From an uncultured bacterium (GTDB taxonomy: Bacteria > Actinomycetota > Thermoleophilia > Solirubrobacterales > 70-9), in contig CBIHMQ010000001.1 of assembly GCA_966211075.1 (NCBI GenBank), positions 1 to 40,875 on the forward strand: DNA of 40,875 nucleotides. The letters are read 5' to 3'. A program made the translations under genes and the position numbers. The notes beneath the pieces were generated by a model. The model searched no databases. It had not been told where the DNA came from and worked only from the letters and a program-made list of their open reading frames with translations. Every line of letters starts with the position of its first letter. The first letter of the stretch is position 1. Below are positions 16,606-23,170 of the stretch, in pieces.

Positions 16606-18518
16606 TCGTCGAGCGAGACCACGATCGGCTCGGCGTCGCCGGATCCCGGTAGGCCCGGGGTGGCCGGGCGGTGGCCGCGCAGGCGCTCGTGGCTGCAGAC
16701 GACGTAGCACCACTCCATCAGGCGGAGGCGGGAGTCGGGGTCGATCGCGGCGATCGTGGCGCCGACCAGGAAGCGGCCCTCGACCTCGCGACAGCTGCGA
16801 ACCTCGATCTGGGCGGCGACCTCATGGCGGGTGCCGGCGGCGTCGTCGAGCTCGAGCAGGACGGCGGTGCGGTGGCCGACCTCCAGTTGCTCCTCGGCGA
16901 CCAGGCCGACCCCGGCGGCGCTGGCGTCGACGAGGCGGGCCGGGACGTGGCCGCCGTCGGCGAAGCAGTGGGCCGGGGCGTCGCCCTCGAAGCGGTAGAC
17001 GAGGCGGCGCTGGCGACGCCGGCCGACGGCCGAGATCGTCTTCGCAAGTCGCCGCAGCTCGTATATCCCCAGCAGCGGCACGATCCAGGCGGCGATCCCC
17101 GGCAGGTCGGGCAGCGGCCCGACGCCGCCGAGATCGAGCAGGCGCAGCAGCGTTCCCGCCGCCAGCAGGACGGTGCAGAAGAGCACCAGGTGGAGCTTGC
17201 GAACGGCCTCGAACCCGCCGCCGTCGTTGCCCTGCTTCGGGGTCACCTTGAAGGCGGTCTTGCCGGGCCGGAAGACGCAGCGCAGCGCCCGCGTGTAGAT
17301 CTCCATCGTCAGCAGCTCGTAGTGGGCCGTCTCGGGGATCCGCATGTAGCCGCGCGCCAGCGCCGAGCCGGCGCCGAGGTTGAGGACGATGTACGGGACC
17401 CAGAGCGCCGCCAGGGCGACGACGCTGATCTTCATCGGCAGCGCCCCGGTCCAGAGCACCAGGCCGAGGGTCAGCAGCAGGAGCAGCCGCATCGGCGGCG
17501 CCAGGTAGGCGAACAGGCTGGCGAAGTAGGAGAGCCGCTGCAGCGGGCTCAGCTCGCGGGCGCGCAGGGGGGACTCGGGCAGGGTGAAGACGGCGAGGTT
17601 GCCGCGCGCCCAGCGGTCGCGCTGCAGCAGGTAGCTGTCGAGGTCGTGGGGAGCGAGGCCCTGGATGAGGATCTCGTCGTGGTAGCGGCTCCGCCATCCG
17701 TGCCGCTGCAGCCGGATCGTCGTGTGGAAGTCCTCGGCGATCGTCTCGGTGGCGACGCCGCCGATTTCGAGCAGGGCGTGGCGGTTGATCAGCGCCCCCG
17801 AGCCGCACCAGTAGGCGGCGCCGTGGCGGTCCTTGCCCGGGCAGATCACCCGGTAGAAGAGCGACTGCTCGTGGCGGCCGGTGTCGTAGTGCTGGGCCGA
17901 GTCGTGGTTGAAGAAGTCGTGCGGGGTCTGGACGATCGCCATCCGCTCGTCGTCGAAGTAGCCGACGACGGCGTCGAGCGCGTCCGGCATCGGCACGTGG
18001 TCGGCGTCGAGGACGAGGACCAGGTCGCCGCCGGTGCGCGGCAGCGCCGCGTTGATGTTGCCCGCCTTGGCGTGGGAGTTGTCGGGCCGGGTCAGGTACC
18101 CGGCACCGGCCAGCTGCGCCAGCTCGCGCATCTCCTCGCGGCGGCCGTCGTCGAGCAGGTAGGTCGTGTGCGGGTAGGTGAGGGCACGGCAGCCGGCCAG
18201 CGTCGCCATGATCACCTCGGCCGGCTCGTCGTAGGTGCATACGTAGACGTCGACCTTGCGGCCCGGGGTAGCCGCCGGTCGCGGCGAGGGCCGCCGCGAC
18301 CAGGAGAACCAGGTCAGCACCGCCAGCGCCCAGAGCCCGTAGACCTCGGTGACCAGCAGCAGCGCGAAGGCGACCGGGTTGGCGCCTTCGCCGCTCCAGC
18401 CGACGCGCCAGGTCAGGTAGCCGAGGCCCCAGACCAATGCTGCCAGCGCCAGCGTTCGCAGCAGTCGCGGATGGCGGTCGAAGAACTGCCCGGCGCGGGT
18501 TTGCTCCCGTGAGTCCAC
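16557..18518 (-). CDS. BcsA-like family-2 glycosyltransferase (cellulose-synthase-type) with C-terminal PilZ c-di-GMP-binding domain
   Basis: GT2 blocks are 'VDVYVCTYDEP', 'LVLDADHVP', 'VQTPHDF' and 'LLQRDRWARG' (QxxRW). The C-terminal PilZ signature is 'RRRQRRL' ... 'DASAAGVGL'. GTG start. Confidence 0.88.
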   Translation of the reverse strand: MDSREQTRAGQFFDRHPRLLRTLALAALVWGLGYLTWRVGWSGEGANPVAFALLLVTEVYGLWALAVLTWFSWSRRPSPRPAATPGRKVDVYVCTYDEPAEVIMATLAGCRALTYPHTTYLLDDGRREEMRELAQLAGAGYLTRPDNSHAKAGNINAALPRTGGDLVLVLDADHVPMPDALDAVVGYFDDERMAIVQTPHDFFNHDSAQHYDTGRHEQSLFYRVICPGKDRHGAAYWCGSGALINRHALLEIGGVATETIAEDFHTTIRLQRHGWRSRYHDEILIQGLAPHDLDSYLLQRDRWARGNLAVFTLPESPLRARELSPLQRLSYFASLFAYLAPPMRLLLLLTLGLVLWTGALPMKISVVALAALWVPYIVLNLGAGSALARGYMRIPETAHYELLTMEIYTRALRCVFRPGKTAFKVTPKQGNDGGGFEAVRKLHLVLFCTVLLAAGTLLRLLDLGGVGPLPDLPGIAAWIVPLLGIYELRRLAKTISAVGRRRQRRLVYRFEGDAPAHCFADGGHVPARLVDASAAGVGLVAEEQLEVGHRTAVLLELDDAAGTRHEVAAQIEVRSCREVEGRFLVGATIAAIDPDSRLRLMEWCYVVCSHERLRGHRPATPGLPGSGDAEPIVVSLDDYRAATSDPAVSTAGI

Positions 18519-18583
18519 GGGAGTACTTCGGCAGCGGCGAACGACTGTTTAAGTCTGGGCTAGGATTTGTCTTCGCCGTGCCC

Positions 18584-18670
18584 GGAGGGGTGCCGGAGTG
18601 GTTGAACGGGGCAGTCTCGAAAACTGTTGGCGTCGCAAGGCGCTCGTGGGTTCGAATCCCACCCCCTCCG
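18584..18670 (+). tRNA. tRNA-Ser (anticodon CGA), class II; CCA not encoded
   Basis: Acceptor GGAGGGG / CCCCTCC, anticodon stem-loop GCAGT-CTCGAAA-ACTGT, long variable arm, and T-arm GTGGGTTCGAATCCCAC. Confidence 0.92.
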
Positions 18671-18674
18671 CTGC

Positions 18675-18699
18675 GGCAGAGCGGGGTCCCCGCTCTGCC
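18675..18699. terminator. hairpin directly after tRNA-Ser(CGA), between it and a convergent small ORF
   Basis: GGCAGAGCGGGG-T-CCCCGCTCTGCC, with 12-nt complementary arms. Confidence 0.5.
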
Positions 18700-18720
18700 G
18701 ACCCGGTCGTGCCATAGCGC

Positions 18721-18864
18721 TCAAATGCGAGCGTCGCGCCCGGCCGCGATCCGTGGCCAGATCAGCAGCACCAGGCCGATCACGATGCAGATGATCCCCA
18801 GCGCGTAGTGGACCAGCAGCGCCAGGACGATCCCGATGACGATGAGCAGCAGTGCGATTGGCAT
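18721..18864 (-). CDS. small (47 aa) hydrophobic membrane protein; below the ORF-track cutoff
   Basis: Sequence is MPIALLLIVIGIVLALLVHYALGIICIVIGLVLLIWPRIAAGRDARI. Third positions are almost all G/C. It is divergent from the CsbD gene. Confidence 0.5.
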   Translation of the reverse strand: MPIALLLIVIGIVLALLVHYALGIICIVIGLVLLIWPRIAAGRDARI

Positions 18865-18977
18865 GGGCCAACCGGTACCCCTCGCGTTACCGAGGCAAAC
18901 CGGGCCGGCGATGTTCGGAGCTCAACCCAGGGGGTAGGTCTGTGTCAAGCAGACGACGAGCACAAAGGAGTTTGAGC

Positions 18978-19166
18978 GTGGGAATTCTCGACAAGATCAC
19001 CGGCAAGGCGAAGCAGGTCGCTGGAGACGTTTCCGACGACGCTTCGCTGCGTCGCCAGGGCAAGCGCGAGGAGCGCAAGGGCGAGAAGAAGGACGAGCTG
19101 AACCGAGCCCAGAATCGCGCCGACGAGAAAGCCGAGGAGGTCGCCGACCTCGAGCGCAAAACCTGA
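18978..19166 (+). CDS. CsbD-family general stress protein
   Basis: GTG 18978 is preceded by AAAGGAG (18964..18970). 'GILDKITGKAKQVAGDVSDDASLRRQGKREERKGEKKDEL' is a typical CsbD sequence. The longer 18852 start would overlap the small membrane ORF. Confidence 0.85.
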   Translation: MGILDKITGKAKQVAGDVSDDASLRRQGKREERKGEKKDELNRAQNRADEKAEEVADLERKT

Positions 19167-19180
19167 GCCGACGGCGAGGG

Positions 19181-19414
19181 TCAGCCGCGGTCGAGCGGCG
19201 TTTCGGCGAGGCGGGCCAGGTCGGAGACCTTGACTTCGAGGGCACAGGCGATCGAGCCGACGACCCTCCAGGTCGGGTTGCGGTGACCGCGCTCGATGCC
19301 GGTCAGGTAGGTCCAGTGGATGCCCGCGGTCGAGGCGAGGGTTTCGATGGTCAGCTCGCGCTCGGTCCGGAGACGGCGAATCGCGGATCCGAGTTGAGCA
19401 GAAGTGGGCGGCAC
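19181..19414 (-). CDS. XRE-family helix-turn-helix regulator (paralogue 1 of 3)
   Basis: 'LGSAIRRLRTERELTIETLASTAGIHWTYLTGIERGHRNPTWRVVGSIACAL' has an HTH_3/31-type pattern. Length 77 aa. Confidence 0.85.
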   Translation of the reverse strand: MPPTSAQLGSAIRRLRTERELTIETLASTAGIHWTYLTGIERGHRNPTWRVVGSIACALEVKVSDLARLAETPLDRG

Positions 19415-19447
19415 AGGGCGGCAGCCTTCCGGTGCCGCCCTGGAGGC

Positions 19448-19469
19448 GCCATAGCCTATCGTCTAGGTT
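19448..19469 (-). promoter_or_regulatory. conserved upstream box of XRE paralogue 1 (candidate -10/operator)
   Basis: GCCATAGCCTATCGTCTAGGTT lies 34 bp upstream of the start. It matches the box upstream of paralogue 2 at 19 of 22 positions, with the same spacing. Confidence 0.4.
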
Positions 19470-19765
19470 GGCTTTGATCGCTTCCGGGACTTCTTCGCTC
19501 GGGCCGTCTTCTTGGCCCGCTGTTGCCTGGCACGCGCCATGGTCTCGGCGAGCCGGACCAGCGCGGAGGATTCGATCGCGAGGGCCGAGGCGAGGGCGCT
19601 GACGTTCTCCCAGCGTGGATTGCTGAGACCCCGTTCGATCTTCGAAAGGGTCGACGGGTGGATCTCGGCGATCCCGGCGAGGTCTTCGATGGAGAGCTGG
19701 CGCCGCGTGCGCAGCTCCCGGATCGCTTCGCCGAGTTGCGGCGCGGTTGGGTTGGTCCCTGCCAC
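19463..19765 (-). CDS. XRE-family helix-turn-helix regulator (paralogue 2 of 3) with Lys/Arg-rich tail
   Basis: 'LGEAIRELRTRRQLSIEDLAGIAEIHPSTLSKIERGLSNPRWENVSALASAL', with tail 'RQQRAKKTARAKKSRKRSKPT'. Confidence 0.85.
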   Translation of the reverse strand: MAGTNPTAPQLGEAIRELRTRRQLSIEDLAGIAEIHPSTLSKIERGLSNPRWENVSALASALAIESSALVRLAETMARARQQRAKKTARAKKSRKRSKPT

Positions 19766-19796
19766 GCCCGCAGCCTGTTCGGCCGGCTGCCGTCAG

Positions 19797-19818
19797 GCCA
19801 TAGCTTATAGTCTATGTT
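19797..19818 (-). promoter_or_regulatory. conserved upstream box of XRE paralogue 2 (candidate -10/operator)
   Basis: GCCATAGCTTATAGTCTATGTT lies 32 bp upstream of the start. It contains the inverted repeat CATAG-N8-CTATG. On the coding strand it reads ...TATAAGCTATGGC. Confidence 0.4.
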
Positions 19819-19840
19819 CCGGATGAACGATGCTGACTGT

Positions 19841-20095
19841 TCAACTTCCGATCTCATCGGCGAGGGCCGCGACGGCGCCGACTGTGGTGCTGAGGCCCGC
19901 GGCGATGCGGAGCAGGGTCTCGAAGCTGGGATTGCGTTGACCCCGCGCGATTCCGCCGATCAGGGTGAAGTCTTTGCCGGCCCGTTCGGCGAGCTGCTCC
20001 TGACTCAACCCAGACTCGAGGCGAAGCCGCCGCACCGCCTCGCCCAACGCCGCGTGCTCCGGCGAGCGGGGCTTCCTGCGTCGTTGCGGCGGCAT
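19841..20095 (-). CDS. XRE-family helix-turn-helix regulator (paralogue 3 of 3)
   Basis: 'LGEAVRRLRLESGLSQEQLAERAGKDFTLIGGIARGQRNPSFETLLRIAAGL'. I chose the internal ATG at 20095 (MPPQRRRKP...) by analogy with the N-termini of paralogues 1 and 2. Confidence 0.78.
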   Translation of the reverse strand: MPPQRRRKPRSPEHAALGEAVRRLRLESGLSQEQLAERAGKDFTLIGGIARGQRNPSFETLLRIAAGLSTTVGAVAALADEIGS

Positions 20096-20145
20096 GCCCC
20101 AGCCTCTCGCCTTGAGAACCCTGCTGTTAGGCCATTTATGCCCTA

Positions 20146-20179
20146 ATCTCTTTGAACGCGGGGAGAGCGTTCGAGAGAT
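20146..20179. promoter_or_regulatory. 34-bp imperfect inverted repeat between divergent XRE-3 and ArsR-type genes
   Basis: ATCTCT-TT-GAACGC-GGGGAGA-GCGTTC-G-AGAGAT. Confidence 0.3.
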
Positions 20180-20206
20180 CGACTGTTCTCGTCCCGGTCC
20201 ACCCCG

Positions 20207-20527
20207 ATGCCCCCCAAGACCCCCGAGCTGATTGCTGCCCTCAACCATCCGCTGCGCCGGCGGATCCTGCGGGCATATCTAGATGGCCGCTTCGAAACAG
20301 CCAGCTCGACCCAGCTGGCGACGCTGATGGGGATGCCGCTCGGCAACGTCGCCTACCACGTCAAGACCTTGGCTCGGCTCGACGTCCTGCGGCTGGTCCG
20401 TACCGCAAAGGTCCGCGGCGCCGAAGAGCGCTTCTACGTCATCGGGCTTGCCGATCAGGTCGAGTGCGTGCGCGGCATCCTCGAGGCGTGCCGGGAGGCT
20501 GACGAGCCTCCGCCGGCTCGGGCCTAG
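20207..20527 (+). CDS. ArsR-type winged-helix transcriptional regulator
   Basis: 'LIAALNHPLRRRILRAYLDGRFETASSTQLATLMGMPLGNVAYHVKTLARLDVL' has an ArsR/SmtB-type HTH. Confidence 0.8.
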   Translation: MPPKTPELIAALNHPLRRRILRAYLDGRFETASSTQLATLMGMPLGNVAYHVKTLARLDVLRLVRTAKVRGAEERFYVIGLADQVECVRGILEACREADEPPPARA

Positions 20528-20528
20528 G

Positions 20529-20945
20529 TCAGGCCCCCGGCCCTGCCGGCTTCGTCGCCCAGACCGCCAACGGCGGCGGCACCAGGAGGAGCGCCAGCGA
20601 GGCGATCTCGGCAATTGCGTCGGCGGTCGAGAAGCCCTCGAGGTGACCGGCGTGGAAGACGAGGTGGATCGTCGCGGTCAGGAGCCAGGCAGCGCAGACG
20701 GCTTGGGTCAAGGTGCGGTTGAGCGTTACCGCCGCCCAGGCGAACAGCACCGCGAAGCCGAGGTAGAGCCCGCCGACGTCGGTGACGAGGTGCTCGTTGT
20801 ATGGAGGCAGCAGCTCGACCCAGCTGGCGACGAACGGGAAGTCGTCGTAAAAGGTCCGCGGCGCGAAGGCCGCGGTCACCCCGATCAGCGCCGCGGCGAA
20901 GAAGAGGAAGCCCAAGCTCCCCCTTGCCACCCTCGGTGCCCGCAT
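20529..20945 (-). CDS. hypothetical 4-TM membrane protein
   Basis: The profile is hydrophobic (FLFFAAALIGV..., GGLYLGFAVLFAWAAV, AAWLLTATIHLVF, IASLALLLV). No family was recognised. Confidence 0.65.
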   Translation of the reverse strand: MRAPRVARGSLGFLFFAAALIGVTAAFAPRTFYDDFPFVASWVELLPPYNEHLVTDVGGLYLGFAVLFAWAAVTLNRTLTQAVCAAWLLTATIHLVFHAGHLEGFSTADAIAEIASLALLLVPPPLAVWATKPAGPGA

Positions 20946-20975
20946 TCGCGGAGCATATCCTCGCCGCTAATCGCC

Positions 20976-21734
20976 TCAGCCCAGCGCCACGGCCAGCTCT
21001 TCGCTGGCGGCTTCGTGGCCTTCGTAAGGCAGCACGATGAAGTACATGAGCGAGGGGAGGAGGGAGTCGAGATCGTCGAGCTCACCCTTGTTCAGTCGCG
21101 AGTAGAGCAGGGCTTCGACGCCGCCGACGACGCCAGCGGCGGTGATGTCGGAGTGGGAGGTGGCGTCCGGGAGGTGGTCGCGGACGAGCGCGTCGACGGA
21201 GCCGGCGAAGTAATCGAGCAGGTCGTCGCGGCGCAGCAGGGCTTCGGCGCTCGCCGCCCGCGCCTCGACGATCAGGGCTCGCGCCGCCTCCGGTTCGCTG
21301 CCGACGAAGTGCAGGAGCTCCTCGAGTGAGAGGCGCAGTCGGGTGCGCCAGTTGGCGCCACCCTTCTCGGCCGCGGCGTCGATCCGCCCGCGCAGGCGGG
21401 CCGCCGTGGTGTCGAAGGCGGCGAGGAAGCAGTCTTCCTTGTTGGAGAAGTGCTCATTGAAGGTCGGCCGCGAGACCCCGGCCCGGTCGATCACGTCCTG
21501 GACCGTCGCCTGCCGGTAGCCCAGCTCGGCGGCAGCCTTCAGCATCGCCGCGATCAGCCGCTCGCGCTGGACGGCGCTGACCAGGTCGGAGGGGAGCTTG
21601 CGAGCCCCGGAGGGGAACTTCCCGTCGCTGTTCGCCAGCAGCTCCGCTGCCGCGTCTACCTGCGCCGTTGGCCAGCCGTCGCCGACTGCCGCGCGCAGCA
21701 TCTCCCTGCTGAGTTGGATTCGATCAAAGGGCAC
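20976..21734 (-). CDS. TetR-family regulator (paralogue A) with ~55-aa N-terminal extension
   Basis: Contains 'LPSDLVSAVQRERLIAAMLKAAAELGYRQATVQDVIDRAGVSRPTFNEHFSNKEDCFLAAF'. GTG start, position uncertain. Confidence 0.85.
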   Translation of the reverse strand: MPFDRIQLSREMLRAAVGDGWPTAQVDAAAELLANSDGKFPSGARKLPSDLVSAVQRERLIAAMLKAAAELGYRQATVQDVIDRAGVSRPTFNEHFSNKEDCFLAAFDTTAARLRGRIDAAAEKGGANWRTRLRLSLEELLHFVGSEPEAARALIVEARAASAEALLRRDDLLDYFAGSVDALVRDHLPDATSHSDITAAGVVGGVEALLYSRLNKGELDDLDSLLPSLMYFIVLPYEGHEAASEELAVALG

Positions 21735-21785
21735 CGAGAAACCCGCATTCCTCGATATAAAAACAACTAAAGTCCCCTCACGGTA

Positions 21786-21818
21786 CCAAAAGAGTCGATG
21801 TCACGCGCGTTCTTTTGG
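21786..21818. promoter_or_regulatory. inverted repeat in the divergent TetR-A / TetR-B promoter region (candidate operator)
   Basis: CCAAAAGA-N17-TCTTTTGG, next to the AT-rich stretch CGATATAAAAACAACTAAAG. Confidence 0.3.
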
Positions 21819-21871
21819 GAGACGCGGTTATTCTTCGGTCGATGCTCCCGCCCCCAACCAGGGGAGCACAG

Positions 21872-22480
21872 GTGAAGCCGACTCGGCCCGTGCTTCCAAA
21901 GGAGTTCGTCGCTGTGCGTAAGCGCCGTCGCATCATGGATGCGATCGCTGAACTGAGCGCCGAGCAGGGCTATGAGGCGACCAAGATCGGCGACATCGTC
22001 CGCCGGGCCGGGGTCGCGCGCAAAACCCTCTACGACAACTTCGACGGCAAGGAGGAGGTCTACCTCGCCGCAATCGACAGCGCCCTGAAGGACGCGCTTG
22101 CCCGGGTCGAAGAGGCCTGTGCCGAGGCCGATGATGACTGGCCGGCCCGGGTTGAGGCCGCCCTCACCGCCCTGCTCGCCTATCTCGCCGAGAACCCGGC
22201 CGAGGCCAGCATGTGCGTCGTCGACGCCCGCTCGGCGACACCAGCCTCCGGCGCTCGTTACGACGACGCCCAGCAACGCTACGTCGAGCTGATGCGCCGC
22301 AACGCGCCGGAGGACACCGGCCTCTCGCCGACAATCGAGGACTCCCTGGTCGGCGGCGTCGCCTGGATCCTCAACGGGAAGATCCGCCGCGGCGAGGCCG
22401 AGCGGGCGCCCGATCTCCTGCCCGAGCTGCTCGACTTCGTCCTCTCTCCGTACCGTGGTGTAGGAAAACCGACCAGGTAG
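21872..22480 (+). CDS. TetR-family regulator (paralogue B)
   Basis: Contains 'LPKEFVAVRKRRRIMDAIAELSAEQGYEATKIGDIVRRAGVARKTLYDNFDGKEEVYLAAI'. GTG 21872 is preceded by GGGGAG and preferred over the TTG at 21815. Confidence 0.82.
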   Translation: MKPTRPVLPKEFVAVRKRRRIMDAIAELSAEQGYEATKIGDIVRRAGVARKTLYDNFDGKEEVYLAAIDSALKDALARVEEACAEADDDWPARVEAALTALLAYLAENPAEASMCVVDARSATPASGARYDDAQQRYVELMRRNAPEDTGLSPTIEDSLVGGVAWILNGKIRRGEAERAPDLLPELLDFVLSPYRGVGKPTR

Positions 22481-22525
22481 GGAGACGACGAAACTGACAG
22501 TACGGTGGCAGACTTATATGGGTAA

Positions 22526-23170
22526 ATGGAGCGTTTACCCCGCGGGCGCCACGGCTTGTCCCCTGAGTTCGTCGCCCGTAATCAGCGCGAAAGGCTGATT
22601 ACGGGCCTCACTCAAGCCCTGTTCGAGGTTGGGTATCAAAAAACCACTGTGTCATTGATTGGCCAGCGGGCGGCGGTCTCGAAGAGTGACTGTTACAAGC
22701 ACTTCGAGAGCAAGGACGAGTGCTTCTACGCCGCCTACGAGGCGGCGGTGGAGCGGGTGCGGGAGCGGGTCGCGGGCGCCTGCGCGGCCGCTGGCGACCG
22801 TCCCTGGCCGATCCGCGTGCGCGAGGCGATCGTCGCCCTGGTGATCCAGTTCGCCGCCGATCCGGCCCTGGCCAGCATCACCCTGGTCGAGGGCCTGCGC
22901 GCCGGGCCCGGTGTCTATGACCGTTACCAGACGGCCGTCGACAGCTTCGTTCCTCACCTGCGCGACGGCGCTCCGGTGGCCCCCGACGGGGAGGCCGTGC
23001 CGGCGGCGACCGACGAAGCCGTGGTCGGCGGGATCGCCTCGTTGCTGGGGCGACGGGTCCTGGCCGGCGAAGCCGAACAGCTCGAGGAGTTGCTGCCCGA
23101 CGTGCTCGAGTTCGCCCTGTCCCCTTATATAGGCGCGAGCGAGGCGCGGCGAATAGTCTCTGCTGGGTGA
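22526..23170 (+). CDS. TetR-family regulator (paralogue C)
   Basis: Contains 'LPRGRHGLSPEFVARNQRERLITGLTQALFEVGYQKTTVSLIGQRAAVSKSDCYKHFESKDECFYAAY'. Its stop overlaps the next gene's start (GTGA). Confidence 0.85.
   Translation: MERLPRGRHGLSPEFVARNQRERLITGLTQALFEVGYQKTTVSLIGQRAAVSKSDCYKHFESKDECFYAAYEAAVERVRERVAGACAAAGDRPWPIRVREAIVALVIQFAADPALASITLVEGLRAGPGVYDRYQTAVDSFVPHLRDGAPVAPDGEAVPAATDEAVVGGIASLLGRRVLAGEAEQLEELLPDVLEFALSPYIGASEARRIVSAG

Noticed and set aside
18852-18977. Long N-terminal extension of the CsbD ORF (GTG 18852)
   Set aside because: The extension overlaps the divergent small membrane ORF and has no CsbD homology. A good SD (AAAGGAG) precedes the internal GTG at 18978.
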